From: Selaginella moellendorffii
Taxonomy: Eukaryota; Plantae; Lycopodiophyta
Assembly: GCF_000143415.4 (NCBI RefSeq)
Contig: NW_003314434.1
Location: 1-64,000 of the forward strand
Direction of reading: 5' to 3'
DNA length: 64,000 nt
Shown: in pieces, positions 49,346-62,163 of the stretch
Numbering within the stretch: position 1 is the stretch's first letter
How the letters are laid out: the number at the start of each line of letters is the position of its first letter
The notes under the pieces: model-generated
What the model was told of the DNA's origin: nothing
Database searches by the model: none
The model's input: the letters and a program-made list of their open reading frames with translations, nothing else
Position numbers and translations under genes: made by a program

Positions 49346-50406
49346 ATGGGCGCCGGAGGCAAGGGATCGGGGCCGGTGCTCTATAGCGATGTCGGCAAGC
49401 AGGCGCGCGATCTCCTCCACAAGGGTTTCAGCGCGGGGCATATGTTGATGCTCTCGTATCTTGCCCCCAACGGCGCCACCGTTTCCACCACTGCTACCAT
49501 GGTGGAGGGCACCGTGGTGGGAGTCATGAGTTGCTCCTTGAAGAGGGACGCGATGCAAGCCGAGGTCTCCGCCAGTAACCTATGCCAGGTTCGCTCTCCA
49601 ATCTTTCTTTCTGCCTCATTGCTTCTCTAAAACTCTTTTGATAGCCCATCGTTATTTCACCTCTTTTTTCTTCTTTCTTTTGTTCTATCTTCAATGCCTT
49701 GCTAACTTTCGAGTTTCCAGATTACTGCCAGCACCACGTATGACGAAGTTATTCCAGGCCTCAAGGTTTCTTTGTCCACGGCTGTTCCAGGAGCTGTCAA
49801 CTCCGGGAAGACTCACTTGCAATACTTCCACGATCGAGCAGCATTGACGGCCACCTTGAATGGCTTCAAGGCCAAGCCCTCCATGGAAGTCTCTGCCAAC
49901 TTTGGAACTTCCAAGCTCACGCTTGGAGGCTCGCTAGTTTACGACCCGCAAAGCAACCGACTCATAGGCTCAACAGCAGGTAACAGACCTTCGTTTCTCT
50001 TTCGCTCGTGTTCTTCTTCAAGCTTTGCGCAAACTTTGATCTCGCAGGGCTAGGATTCTTTTCCCCGGACGTGTCTGGAGCGCTTATCGTCGATCCAAAG
50101 AACGGCAAATCGGTGGATTTGTACTGCTCCCAAGCGTTGAACAAGAAGGTGGCGTGGGCCTGCCATCTCAACCACAAGCTCGACCGAAAGTTGACAACGG
50201 CGATGCTTGGAACCTCGTACAAGATGGACAACTTCACCACCATCAAGTCCCGGGTCGACAACCACGGGATGCTGGCGGCGTTGCTCCAGTACGAGCCCAA
50301 TCCCTTGATCAACTTTGGGATGTACGCGGAGGTCAACACCAAGGCCCTCAAAACCACTAGACCAAAGGTTGGATTCACGCTCACTGTTTTAGCAGCAGCA
50401 ATATGA
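49346..50406 (+). CDS. VDAC: Mitochondrial outer-membrane porin (3 exons)
   Basis: GPVLYSDVGKQARDLL, SGKTHLQYFHD, TTIKSRVDNHG, KVGFTLTV. Confidence 0.9.
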
Positions 50407-50617
50407 TCACCGAGACCACGGAGACGGAGATGAGACGGAGAGAACTCCTTTTTTCTTTAGTTTTTTTCCGCGGATAGCCGAGGTGAGTGTTTCTCCCTTC
50501 GTTTTCTCCTTCGGCATGAATAATGTGATCGTTTTTCTTGCTGGAGTCGCGGGCTGTTTAGTTTAGTAATCAGTCATTCACGGTCATCTTACCAGTTTTC
50601 GGCTTGATTTTTGTTCT

Positions 50618-53340
50618 TCAATGGACTGGGCAGCCATCGACCTTGATCCCAGGAGCTGTTGGACAAGTTGCCAGAGGACACTGATCGTCGAGCTGCACAT
50701 TCCCCCACCAAGTTACTTTCTTGCTGTTGATGCTGAGGAATGCGTAGATGAAAACTCCCATGAAAGCCACGCCTGCGTCGAGAGCTGCCGAGAGGATGTA
50801 GTTGTGCCGCTGCCACCATTTCTTCCTGGTTCTAAAGATGAAGTAATTGAAGAAGAAGCCCACCACGAACCAACTCCAGTAATTCACGGCCGTCGCGTAA
50901 GGCATGGCGCCGGCGCCGCCGATGAGAACCGGAACCACGACGTACTTGAGCCACTCCACAGTGGGGAAGACTTTGGTGAGCACCCAGTGGATTACTGGGG
51001 CTATGGCGCCCAAGAGGAAGCACCAGTTGAGGGACTTGTAGAGGCCAAGGTTGCCGAAAATTCGCTGTGGACCAATGAGCCCCCAGATCACTGAAGCGTC
51101 GTAGAAGATGGTGTCGCCCGGGCAAGTCCACACGTTCCCTTTGATGTGGCGATTGCAAATGTTTGGGACGGTCTCCAGCAGCCACCATGCCGTGCCCAGA
51201 TACGTCATGGATGCCAGCGTTGTTCCGACGATCTGGAAGAACAAGTAAAATCTCGTTTTGCAAAAGGATAGGAGCTTTTTACCTGTGCTATGAACATGGA
51301 CCTTGGCGGGATTTTCATGTAGTGCCCGATCTTAAAGTCACTGAGCAAGGACGTCGTCTGGTAGACCGTGATCGTGCCATAGGTCTTGAAGAGCACGTTA
51401 GCGATCGGCTTGTTAGGATAAATGTAGCCGATGAGGTACTCAGAGATGACATTGAGGCCCGGAGACTGGAAATTTGGGAAATTTACCTCAGCAGCCTAGA
51501 ATCGGGAGAAAGATTTCACGAACCTGATTCGTGGTGGCCAGCAGGACACCGATTGGAAGGCAGAAGAGGAACGACAATCCGACCGAAAAGAGGACCCCCC
51601 ACCATCTGAGCTGCAAATCGTTGTTGTAGACCTCGCACGCAATCACCGACAGCGCGATCGTCATCACCAGCAGCGAGCCATACCACCACGTCGGCACTTG
51701 CTTGTACTTCCTCATCAGCTTGGCATGGATGTCGGGGCGCGCGTCCTCCATCGCCCGGAGCGTCCTCCATATCGTCCTGCGCCAAAATTTAGGGCTCTTA
51801 GGAAAAGCGCGGGAATTTTAAGCGGGAAATTTTTTAAACGAAGCTTACTTTCCATGGAAGAGGATGGCGTGCGTCACGCTGGCCGTCAGCATGGCAAAGC
51901 TAATGCCGTACGTGAAGACAAAGATGGTGCTGATGTGGAGGCGACTGTAGTTGTTATATGCCATCGTGTCCAGATCAAAGGCCGAGGTGGTGATACGTGT
52001 CTGATTGTACACCTGGCCATCCGAGTCAAACAGCTGGAGGGAGAGAAGGGGGAATTTCTTTGCCCCATACATGTCATAGCCCCAATATGCCACGGGGGCA
52101 AGAACATAGAGGGTGACGATAAATCCCACCATAGTGTTGGCGATAGCAAAAAATGGGGATGCCAGTGGACTGCCCAAGAATCCCGCCACTGTTGACCAGT
52201 CAAGACCAATGGCTCCAAGTCCATAGCCCGCCAACCCAGACCCTAATTGGTGAGCAATAATGGACTTTGGCCATATGTAGCATACCCATGAAATAGAGGA
52301 TAGCGTTGCAAAGAGATAACCCGGGAGCAAATAGTATGCAAAGCTGGTGAGGAAGACAATGGTAAAGAAATTGATCCTGGTCAGACCACCTTTGACCCTC
52401 TTTTCTGGCTCGTGTAAAGTCCTGGATGAAAAATGTGTTACTATTGAACTTCATCAATTATTTGCTTGAAAAAATTCAAGATACTTGCCTGAATAATGAG
52501 ACCTGGACGAGATTTTGGGGCCACCACATGTGTGCGGGCTCGACAAGGAACTTTCTGAAGATTCCGGCAAAACCGAAGCCCACAATCTTATCAAAAAAGC
52601 ATTGCACATGAACAAACAAATCAAGAATCAATGAATGCCTTCAAAAGGGAAGAGCTTACTTGCGTTGTGAGAGTCACCAGCAGTCCAACAAAGAATGGAA
52701 AATCCTGCCTGTTGTAAAACGCCTTGAGACTTGTGACAATATGAACTGCATACGCTCCCCCCGCACCAGCATTTGCAAAGATGGTGATCAACACATGCTC
52801 CTTGACGTTGAAAGGCCCGGGATTCAGAGAAAAGCCCCAATTCAAGCCTGGAACCAGGATCTTTTTGGTGGGAAGCATGGCAGCCATGAGCTTCCCCAGT
52901 GGAAGAGTGACAATTTGTGCTGTCAATCCACTCACGCTCAGCTGCTGCCTCCTGTAAGAGAAGAACATGTTGATGAAAGAGAGGATCAAGCAGGAGAGGA
53001 TCCCAAGAGTCCAGGTCCTGAAAGTTAGAGCCGGAAGTGAAGTGTCATCGGTGGTGGGAACTGTGAGGCGGACTTCCTCGATGGGAGATTGATCATCATC
53101 TTGAGAGCATTCTTGTACATCCATGACCAGTTTTGCAGTTACTGAAAAGCAAACCAAAATTGTATATGATTTAGAAGCTGTTAAGCTGGATCTGGAGGCA
53201 GATCTTTACCTGGAATTGGAGCCTCCTTCTTGGCATCAGTGGTTTCAAAGCTTCCATCTGCAGATCTCAAAGCTAGAGTGAAATACATAAATGTAAGAGA
53301 ATTTACTTGGAAGCTCTTGATCTTCTTGCTGCTGCTCCAT
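50618..53340 (-). CDS. OPT: Oligopeptide transporter, OPT family (multi-exon)
   Basis: [58 protein letters not shown]. Confidence 0.93.
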
Positions 53341-53688
53341 GGCTTTCCAAATTGAGAGATAATTCCAGCACCCTAGGCTAGTCCAAAAGAATTGGCAGAG
53401 GTGTGTGAATACAATGGACGTGAGGATATAAAGTTAGTGGAAATTCCAAAGGCAACCAAACGATAAGGGATATTCCCTGACATCTTTCGCAAAAAAAGAT
53501 TCTTTAGGTTGTTTGATGATTTGGAAAGAGCGACAGAACCTTCGCGGCACGAACGAGACAAGTATGAAGAATCCAAAAACCGGTTGACCAGACGTGCTGG
53601 CTAGAGCTGACGAAAGTTGACTATAGTTGACTAGAGGCTTTAACTTAGCGCTAATCTGAATTGCGGAGCTAGGGCACGAAACAGGGGC

Positions 53689-54321
53689 ATGGAGGAGAGG
53701 TCGACAGCGGCAGCGGCAGCGCCATCGCCAGGACCATCATTTCAGGTATCGAAATTTCCTTCCTCTGGGAATCACGGCAAGCGGCGGGACAGGCTGTCGA
53801 GATGGGAGGAATCCAGCAAGAAGTCGAAGGGCGGTGGCGACAGCCCGGGATTCCAGCGCGGCCGGGATGGCAAATTCCGAGGCCACCAGAATCGCCGCCA
53901 CCAACACCAGCATCATCACCATCAGCAGCAACAGCAGCAGCAGCAGCAGCAGCAGCAACACGACGCTAGAATCGATGGCGGCGATGGTGGCGGCGGTGGC
54001 GATTTTAACCACCTGGGAATGCTGCTCGTCAACCAGATCGTGATGCTCGACGGCAGCGTCCGGAGCTACTACTCGCTGCCTCCCGACTACCCAATGCCCC
54101 CGGATTTCCGCCTCGTCTTTCCTCCGGAGTTCGCGCCAGTAGAGGGCGTCTGGACCGCCGCCGCCGCCGCCCCCGCCGCTCCCCCTTACCATCCCGGAGT
54201 GATCGTGGATGCTGGATACCAGCCCCAGTTTGTAGCTCCTCCCAGGCACGACGAGATCAATGGGGGCAGCTCACAGCAACACCAGCGCAAGAGAAGTCAG
54301 TGGAACAGGCACAAGAACTAA
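53689..54321 (+). CDS. Low-complexity His/Gln/Pro-rich ORF, 210 aa; possibly a truncated N-terminus of a plant XS-domain protein
   Basis: GC-rich intact ORF with a CAG tract. MLDGSVRSYYSLPPDY resembles a motif recalled from plant XS-domain proteins (unverified). Confidence 0.5.
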   Translation: MEERSTAAAAAPSPGPSFQVSKFPSSGNHGKRRDRLSRWEESSKKSKGGGDSPGFQRGRDGKFRGHQNRRHQHQHHHHQQQQQQQQQQQQHDARIDGGDGGGGGDFNHLGMLLVNQIVMLDGSVRSYYSLPPDYPMPPDFRLVFPPEFAPVEGVWTAAAAAPAAPPYHPGVIVDAGYQPQFVAPPRHDEINGGSSQQHQRKRSQWNRHKN

Positions 54322-54364
54322 GTCTGGCGTGTTCATATCAACTTAGAGCTCTTTCTTTGATTCT

Positions 54365-54630
54365 TAAACGTATAAGTATGGCACACTTCCTTGTATGCTG
54401 GACAGCCATCGACAACTATGCCAGGCTGGTTGGGCACTTGGCCAGAGGACAGTGATCACCTTATGCGGGTACCAAGCCCACGAATGCGGAGCCGGCGAGG
54501 ACAAGGCATAGTTGTAGCGCTTCTACCATGCCTTGCGGTACCTAAGATCCTGGACCTGGGAACCGACGAGACCTCAGATCACTGACGAGTCGAACAGGAG
54601 GCGATTGTTGGGACACGTCCAGGTGCCGCC
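54365..54630 (-). pseudogene. OPT C-terminal fragment
   Basis: Decayed TWTCP..FDSSVI, KRYNY and HCPLAKCP motifs matching the end of the 50618 gene. Confidence 0.7.
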
Positions 54631-56035
54631 GGAATGTTAGCCAGGACATATAAAGTTATACACCATGGAATGTTAAGCTATACACCATATCACAAATCAG
54701 TGAATATTCTTTGCTCTGTGCTTTTTAACGGTCCCGATTTTTTTATATTTTTAATGGATATGATTTGTTTTACTAACTATGAGGTTTCTGTTTAAAATCT
54801 TATTATTTAAGTATTAATCATAGATCACCCATGGTTTTTCAGTTATGCATTACTAGTGTGTCGTTGTGTTTGTAATTGCTATGAATTAATATTCCTGACA
54901 TAAACCTTCAGTGGAGCTTAAAAAATTAATAATTGATAGTAATTATCTCACTGTTATTGTAAGACTGCATTCTAGGATTGGCGCATTTTTAGCATAATAT
55001 AATATTAGTCATAGATCTGCAAACCAACTATGTGAAGCTCAATAATTTCACCTTGATTGAGAAGTTTCTTACGTTTTTATATGGAAATTATTAGATAATT
55101 TTTGTCAAAATTTCAATATTAGAATCTTTGAACTCTGTCTATTTTTTCAAGAATTTTTTATATCAGAATTATTAGACATTTTTTGTTAAAGTTTTCATAG
55201 CAAAATTAATATTTGATGGATTATTTTTATCCAGTGCCTATCAAGCCTATCATATCAGAATTTTTAAGGAGTTTAGATAATTTTTTCCAAATTTTAATTG
55301 TAGAGCTTTGTCTTGTTAAACTTTTTGGCTAGGCATTTTTTGGATAGGCCATTGTTTCAAGAAATCTAGACTTTAATTGGCATTTACCTCTTACTTTTTT
55401 AACCTTTATTTATTTTTATTATTTTTTCTCAAAAATGAAAATTTTAATTCATTTTTTAAAAAAAAATTTATAAAAAATATAGGATTGAAAAAGGAAGAAA
55501 TCTATTTATAATTTTGTTAACAGTAGTGCTTGTGAAGCTATACTAAAAGACTGTAGAGATTATTGGTCACCAAAAAGCCCTTGATGGAGGTGCAAGCTTA
55601 GAGCTCTATACATGAACAAATTACCAGATTTAAAGACCATAAACTTTAATCCAACACCTCTTCATTTTTGTATGGCTAGTAGTAATTGTTGAATAAAACT
55701 GAGACTTACCTGCAGGAATTTGAGACCGTTACAACTCCTATGAAATATGTGTATTATAAATACATGTATACTAATTACAAAGCCAATTAACATACCTTAC
55801 TAATTATATAATGAATTATTCACTTTTAGCCCTGCAATATACCTCAAACAAAACAAAACAAGGACAAAAGATGCTTAAACAAGATGGAAACAACGGTGCG
55901 CACAAAGCATTGAAGACTAGGAGGCTGACAGCAGCAGTGAAAGAGATGTCGAAGATGCCACTTCGATTTTCAGTCTTAGATTTTCTCATCCTTCAGTCTC
56001 ATGCCTCACAATAGATATATAGAGATTTGCTGGAC

Positions 56036-57559
56036 ATGTTAGATCCAGTGCTAATTTTGGTGTCATTGTCTGGTGTGTTCTTGGCCATCTTGGTATGGAG
56101 GTTGACCTAGAAGAGGTACGCCACCCTTTGTCGGAGAGATGCTACATTTGCTCCATTCCATGAAGACCAACAAGCCGTGGGAATTTTTAGAGTCGAGGGA
56201 GAAGAAGTATGGCCTGGTTCTCAAAACACGTCTGTTTGGCTTGCCCACGGTGGTGGTGACTTCCCCTAAGCTCATTTTTACCAATCACAGCAAGCTCGTG
56301 CCCAGCTCCGTCAAGAAGCTCCTCGGGGAGCGATCTCTGGAGGGCGACCAGGCCAAGCGGTTCCGTCACATCCTCCTCGCGTTCCTGGGTCCCGGGTACG
56401 TGGGACGAATGCAGGCCATGATCCAGAAGCACGTCGAGGAGAGCTGGATCGCGGGTGGCGAGATCAAAGCGTACCACTCCGTCAAGGAGGCGCTCTATGC
56501 CGTCGTCTATGATCTCTTCCTGAGCCTGACCGACGAGAAGGAGCAGCAGGAGCTCCTGGATCCCTTCCGCGTCGTCTTACATGCTCTCCTCGAGCTCCCG
56601 CTCGATTTCCCCGGAACCCAAGGGCATGGCTGGCAGCCAGGAGATCATGGGGAAGCTGGACCGGCTGATGGAGCAGCGGCGACTGGATTTGCAGAGCGGG
56701 AAGGCGTCCTCCCGTCTGAGCAGCAAGATCTCCTGTCGGTGCTGCTGGTCACCAAGGGCGAAGATGGGCGACGCATGACCGACGAGGAGATCAAGCAAAA
56801 CATCTTGATGCTGGTTATTGGAGCCCACGACACGAGCTCCAGCTCAATACATCGCGGAGAATCCATCCTGCTAAGCTGCATTGAGGATCCACGGGCTCCT
56901 CCGGCTGCCTTCCTTCGGCTTCGCCAATAGTAGGGTACAGCTCCGGAAAGGTTGACTCTTTAAAACACACACACTCTCTCTCTCTCCCTCTGTGTGGAGC
57001 ACTTGGATATTGCTGCTGGAGAGCCACTTTCGATTGCTGATGTCCGACGCATGAAGTATACGTGGAGAGTGGTCCAAGAAGGCATGCGCTTCGTGCCACC
57101 CACCATTGGAGTTTTTCGCCGGGCCATCGTGGACTTCGTAATGGGTGGCTACACAGTTCCACAGGGATGGCGGATCCCTTCTTCTATTCTCTGTCTCTGC
57201 AAGATCTTTAGCTTCTTCTTCTTCTTACTCCCGATCCCTGCTGAAACCATGTCAAAACAGCTATTTGGACCCATGTACCAGAGCAACAAGAAGGAAAAGT
57301 TCTTCCCCGAGGCCGAGAGCTTCAAGCCGGACAGGTTCCTTGGCACGGGCCCGGTCCTTACTCGTACATCCCATTCGGTGGAGGGACGCGCATGTGCCCT
57401 GGTTACGGGCTTGCCAAGGTCCAAGAATGCGTGTTTTTGTACCACATTGTCACCCGGGTCAAGTGGAGCTCGTGTGACCCGGACGAGATCGTGCAAATGG
57501 CTCCACTGGCAGCACCACTCAAGGGCCTTCCCATCAAGCTAACCTCCAATCCAATGTAG
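56036..57559 (+). pseudogene. CYP716: Cytochrome P450, CYP85 clan (CYP716-like), frameshifted
   Basis: LFGLPTVV, PLDFPGT, AHDT I-helix, EGMR (ExxR), PDRF and PFGGGTRMCPG; several frameshifts, deletions and an insertion. Confidence 0.85.
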
Positions 57560-57949
57560 TGAACGATTGATGAGAAAATCAATCTTACTTTGCTACGACC
57601 AAGAGAAATAGTTGAAACCCGGTTTAGGTTCTTTGTAATGTTCTTGCCTATCCGGGGATTTCAGGCTGGGGATGGAGCAAACGATCTCCTCAACGCACTC
57701 GATTGGGAAGATTTGTGGCACAGATGGACAGCTCTTGTAGAGGGCGAGAGGAGCTTGCCAGTGCATTCTCCCGTTGCGGTTTTGCTGGAACTTTGTTCAG
57801 AAAATTTGTAATATACTTTCTGGTATAAACTTTTAGGAATGAAAATGTGCTTAGTATATTTTTCCATCTAACGGTTGATAATTTGTAAATTATAAACATG
57901 TTTATAATTTATATAAACTTTCTTAAACACCTTACACTAAGTGCACCCA

Positions 57950-59518
57950 TCAAGAAAGAAGTCCTTCCAGTGCAACGCCGAGACCAAAGATGAAGCAGTT
58001 CGCGTGCATTGGCAGATCGATGCCTGTGTTCCATAGACCAGCCGGCTGCCTGAACGGATTCTCCGTTATCTGGAAAGGCACCAAGGACCGGGATCACGCC
58101 ACCGATTTTTCTATGAAAAGATGCTCACTGGAAAAGTGACGTGGTTTGGCTCCAAGGAATCGATGCACTCGACAGCGAGCACACAAGCTTCCTCACAAAA
58201 GTCGGTAACGAAAACGGGGACTTCCATTGTTAAGAGCAATTCCTGGCAAGAGTTTGGACAAGGTGTTAAAGTAGAGTATATGGAGGCGACTTACAATCGT
58301 GGGTCTCCAAGTGATGTATGCCGCAACACCGGCGTTGAAAGCCACTACAACATCCGCACGAGAAATCTGGAACAAAGTCAGGAAGAAGTACTCTCACAGC
58401 GGAAGGGCTTGTGGAGCACCTGGTGATGAACCTCGTGATACAGCCCCTTCCACATAGATACGGATACGGTAGGAGTTATCGTGTGATTCGTTTCAAGTTT
58501 GCACTCGCAGCTAGCATCGAGGCACTTTGGATATGAAGCCAGCTCCAAAGTGCTTCCATGGCTGGAAACAAAGCGCGGGTCTCTTATAAGAGTAGCGAAA
58601 AGAAAAGAGAAACAAAGAACATACCTTGAGGAAGGCACAGCAGGTCCAACAAAGTCTATGTGGATTTGAGCGCCAGGAAGAAGCGCGAGAAGCTCTGCGA
58701 ATACCTCGAGCTGTTCAAGCTCCCGCTCTGGGCCTGAAAGATGAATTGAATACGAGACATGGCGTGCTTGAGAAACAAGTACCTAGGTAATGGATTGTCA
58801 GCTTTTCTCTCGGATCAAAACTTGTTTGGTTGATCGCATAGTAGAGTGTAAGTGGCTGCCACAGCAATGATTTAGTCGAATGAGTTCTGGGCTATGGAAC
58901 TTACCGAGTGAAGAAGAATGGCTGCCGGTGAATGCAAAGGTAAGTCACGCCACTCGTAGTACTGCTTCCAGCTCTCCAGTGGTGCCGCTGGAGCGTTCCT
59001 GGGACCTGAGCACACGCTAAGTTAGAAAAAGACTAGAGAACTCGCGAGAGGACACTACATTGCCTTTGCATGGACAAGCGTTGCTGGGAAGATGCCAGGA
59101 CGCGTCCCTGCGAGAACTTCTTGCTCCTGCTAGACAAGAGCACTCGTTCTTCCACAGCCCTTTCCCGTGGAGTCCTCTCTTGTCAAGAAATCCACACATC
59201 GAGCTCTCCAGCTGCGAGAGAAAAATCCAGCAGTCCAACTCTAGCTGAAAGCCATACCTCGAAAGAAAAGGGAAATTCGCTGACAGAGGACGCCTTCCGC
59301 GCTTGCTGCGCAAGGCGCTTGCAGACAAGCTTGTGTTCGCTCCAATGCCTGCTCTGCTCGAAAGAACAACAGAACTACTACATGACCCAATCGATTGCCG
59401 CGATTCTTGAAACCTGGTGGAATCGCGAGCAGTACCAGACGACGCGGCATCCATCGCAGCGGATCGGGCAGGACGCATCATCGACGCAGCGGCTCAAATT
59501 TCTCGCCCCGCAATCCAT
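57950..59518 (-). CDS. MYND zinc finger / MSS51-like (ZMYND15-like) protein (multi-exon)
   Basis: N-terminal RCDGCRVVWYCSRFHQ, YLGPERELEQL..FAEL, AFNAGVAAY.TW.PTI, ENPFRQP, ANCFIFG. Confidence 0.8.
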
Positions 59519-59673
59519 GATCGTGGGATCCAAGAATGTAGCGCTACGCTACCAAAAACCCTAAAACTCTGGAATATCCACCACATATACCTTGTAAGCA
59601 CATGCCCAGTATGGGCAATTGGGTTTTTGTTTGTGTTTGATGGATCCAGATGCCGTATAGAGAAGATTGACAC

Positions 59674-62073
59674 ATGAAAGCAATCAGGGTTCCATCTAGA
59701 TTGCTAGACAACGAAACCAGCAGAGATGTTTGCTCGAAACTAAAACAGTGTGTGAGTTCCAAGGACTTTCCAGCTTGTAGGAGACTTCACCAAAAGATTA
59801 CTGAGAATCACTGGGAGCTCAGCACATATTCCTGGAATCTCTTGCTTGAAATGTACGGGAGGTTTGGAAGCCTCGAGGACGCACGCAGGATATTCAATGG
59901 CATGGGAGACAGGAACACGTTCACGTGGAATATTATGGTTTCGGCATATGCCCACAGAGGGAATCTGGCAGATGCCGAGGCTTTGTTTGCGGTGATGCCG
60001 CAAGCAAATGTAGTTTCTTGTAATATAATGCTAAGTTGCTATGTCTCTACGGGTAAATTCAAGCAAGCTGAAGAACTGTTTGAAAAGATGGTGGACAAGA
60101 ACGATGTGTCGCTGACTACAATGGTGACGGCATATTCCCTGATCGGGAATGTGCGGAAAGCTGAGCTAACGTTTGAAAATATTCCAAAACCGAGTGTGGT
60201 ATCCTGCAATGCTATGCTTCAAGCTTATGTAAAGCTCGGTTTAATCGATAAAGCAAAAGATATGCTGGAAAAAATGAAAATCCGCGATGTTATTTCGTGG
60301 ACTACTCTGCTGACCGCATATGCCCAAAATGGGGATGTTCGTAATGCCGAGGATCTCTTTGAGAGAATGCCAGAGAGAAATGTTGTCTCCTGGAATGTCA
60401 TGATAAGAGCATATTCTCACAATGGTTTGATACCGAAGGCTAGATTGCTCTTTGACCAAGCACCTATCCGGAACCATGTCACTTGGAACACAATGATCTC
60501 GGCATATTCGCAGGATGGGCTTGTAGAAGATGCCAAGGTTCTCTTTGATAAGATGCCGGAGAGAGATGCTGTGTCCTGGAATTCCATGCTGTATGGGTAT
60601 GTGAAAGTTGCAGATTTTGACCAGGCAAGAAGCATCTTTGGAAGGATTCCGGCGCCCAATGTGGTATCTTGGACTTGCATTCTCATGGGATATGCTCAGG
60701 CACGGAATCTAAAGGCGGCCAAGGGAATCTTTGACGATATCCCGCAAAGGAATCTGGTTGCATCGAACGTGTTGATGCACGCGTCCTCTCAAGTTGGCGA
60801 GTTTGAAGAGATGGAATATCTGTTTCATTCTATGCCGGAAAGAGATTTATTCTCGTGGAATGTGATGATTGAGGGATATGCTCGCCAAGGAAAGTTGGCG
60901 GAGTCTAGGAAGATCTTTGACTCCATGCCGGTCAAAGACCTCGTCTCATGGTCAACTATAATCGTTACGTGTAGTCAGCAAAAAGATGTAAGTCAGGTGG
61001 TTTACTTGTTTGAGAGAATGCCCGAGCACAACATTGTGGCCTGGAACGCGCTACTTTACGCAAATGCCAAAGCCGGGGATTTGCACGAAGCTCGAGCTGT
61101 ATTTGAGAAACACCCAGACAAAGACATAGCGTCATGGAACATCCTCCTCTCGGCTTACTCACAGCACAACGATTTTGCGAATGCCGAGATGGTGTTTGAG
61201 AGAATGCCGGAGAGAAGTCTCGTGTCGTTTAACTCCATGCTCCAAGCTTGCGCCACCAGCGGCAAGATCGACAAGGCGGAGCCACTGTTTCGAGCCATGG
61301 AAGATCGAGATGTTGTGTCGTGGACGTGCTTGATCACTGCTTATGCCAAGAGTAGCGGCCGAGCCTTGGATGGAGTGAGAGCCTTCAAACTCATGGACCA
61401 AGATGGTGTTCTTCCCGACGTGGTTGCCACCACTGCGGCTATGGAGGCCTGCTCGATCGCCGGAGCTCCAGCACAAGCGAGAGAGATCTTCTCCTGTTTC
61501 GAAGAAGCCGGACACGGCGAGGCCGATAATCTGCTCGTCGCGAACCTTGTCACCGTCTTTGCAAGCTGTGGAGAGCTGGGTGAAGCTCGAAAGCTGTTTG
61601 ACAAGCTCGTAAACCCGGACGTGGTCGTGTGGAGTAACTTGGTTGCGGCCTATGCCCGGAGTGGTGACGGCAAAGTCGCGCTGGAGGCGTTTCAGCTCAT
61701 GGCGCTCGATGGTAAGCTGCCCGACGAGATTGCCTTCGTTGTCATTCTCTCGGCTTGTAGCCACGCTGGTCTCTTTGACGAAGCCCGTTACTACTTCACC
61801 ACTATCACGTCTGACTACTCCATGAAGCCTGTCGTGGAGCACTACCACTGCATTGTCGATCTTCTCGGCCGGCTCGGGAGGCTCGACGATGCTAGCACTG
61901 TCGCTCAAGAAATGCCGTTTGAATCGAATAGCATCTCGTGGACCACGCTCCTCAGTGCATCAAATGTCCAGTCCAACTATAGTCACGCCGCAGAAGCAGC
62001 CGAGAATGCTGTAGATTGTGACCAGCTCAACTCCGCTGCCTACATTCTTCTATCAAACTTGGCTCCATCCTGA
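59674..62073 (+). CDS. PLS-class PPR protein rich in short (S) repeats, ending in an E domain, no DYW; 799 aa
   Basis: Tandem 31-aa motifs (MPERNVVSWN...), ACSHAGL, HYHCIVDLLGRLG, AAYILLSN. Confidence 0.92.
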   Translation: MKAIRVPSRLLDNETSRDVCSKLKQCVSSKDFPACRRLHQKITENHWELSTYSWNLLLEMYGRFGSLEDARRIFNGMGDRNTFTWNIMVSAYAHRGNLADAEALFAVMPQANVVSCNIMLSCYVSTGKFKQAEELFEKMVDKNDVSLTTMVTAYSLIGNVRKAELTFENIPKPSVVSCNAMLQAYVKLGLIDKAKDMLEKMKIRDVISWTTLLTAYAQNGDVRNAEDLFERMPERNVVSWNVMIRAYSHNGLIPKARLLFDQAPIRNHVTWNTMISAYSQDGLVEDAKVLFDKMPERDAVSWNSMLYGYVKVADFDQARSIFGRIPAPNVVSWTCILMGYAQARNLKAAKGIFDDIPQRNLVASNVLMHASSQVGEFEEMEYLFHSMPERDLFSWNVMIEGYARQGKLAESRKIFDSMPVKDLVSWSTIIVTCSQQKDVSQVVYLFERMPEHNIVAWNALLYANAKAGDLHEARAVFEKHPDKDIASWNILLSAYSQHNDFANAEMVFERMPERSLVSFNSMLQACATSGKIDKAEPLFRAMEDRDVVSWTCLITAYAKSSGRALDGVRAFKLMDQDGVLPDVVATTAAMEACSIAGAPAQAREIFSCFEEAGHGEADNLLVANLVTVFASCGELGEARKLFDKLVNPDVVVWSNLVAAYARSGDGKVALEAFQLMALDGKLPDEIAFVVILSACSHAGLFDEARYYFTTITSDYSMKPVVEHYHCIVDLLGRLGRLDDASTVAQEMPFESNSISWTTLLSASNVQSNYSHAAEAAENAVDCDQLNSAAYILLSNLAPS

Positions 62074-62163
62074 TAAGAAAACTTCTTATCTTTATTTTGT
62101 GATCCTGGTGGACTCACCGCCATGTAATCGCCTCTGGTAACTTCATCATATCTGCCAAGCGAT

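Noticed and set aside
54640-56010. AT-rich intergenic block
   Set aside because: No terminal repeats, TSD or coding motif that I could support.
29479-57559. Possible biosynthetic gene cluster (2OGD + PDR + CYP716)
   Set aside because: The CYP is a pseudogene about 25 kb from the dioxygenase with unrelated genes between, and there is no scaffold-forming enzyme. The 2OGD-PDR proximity alone is weak.
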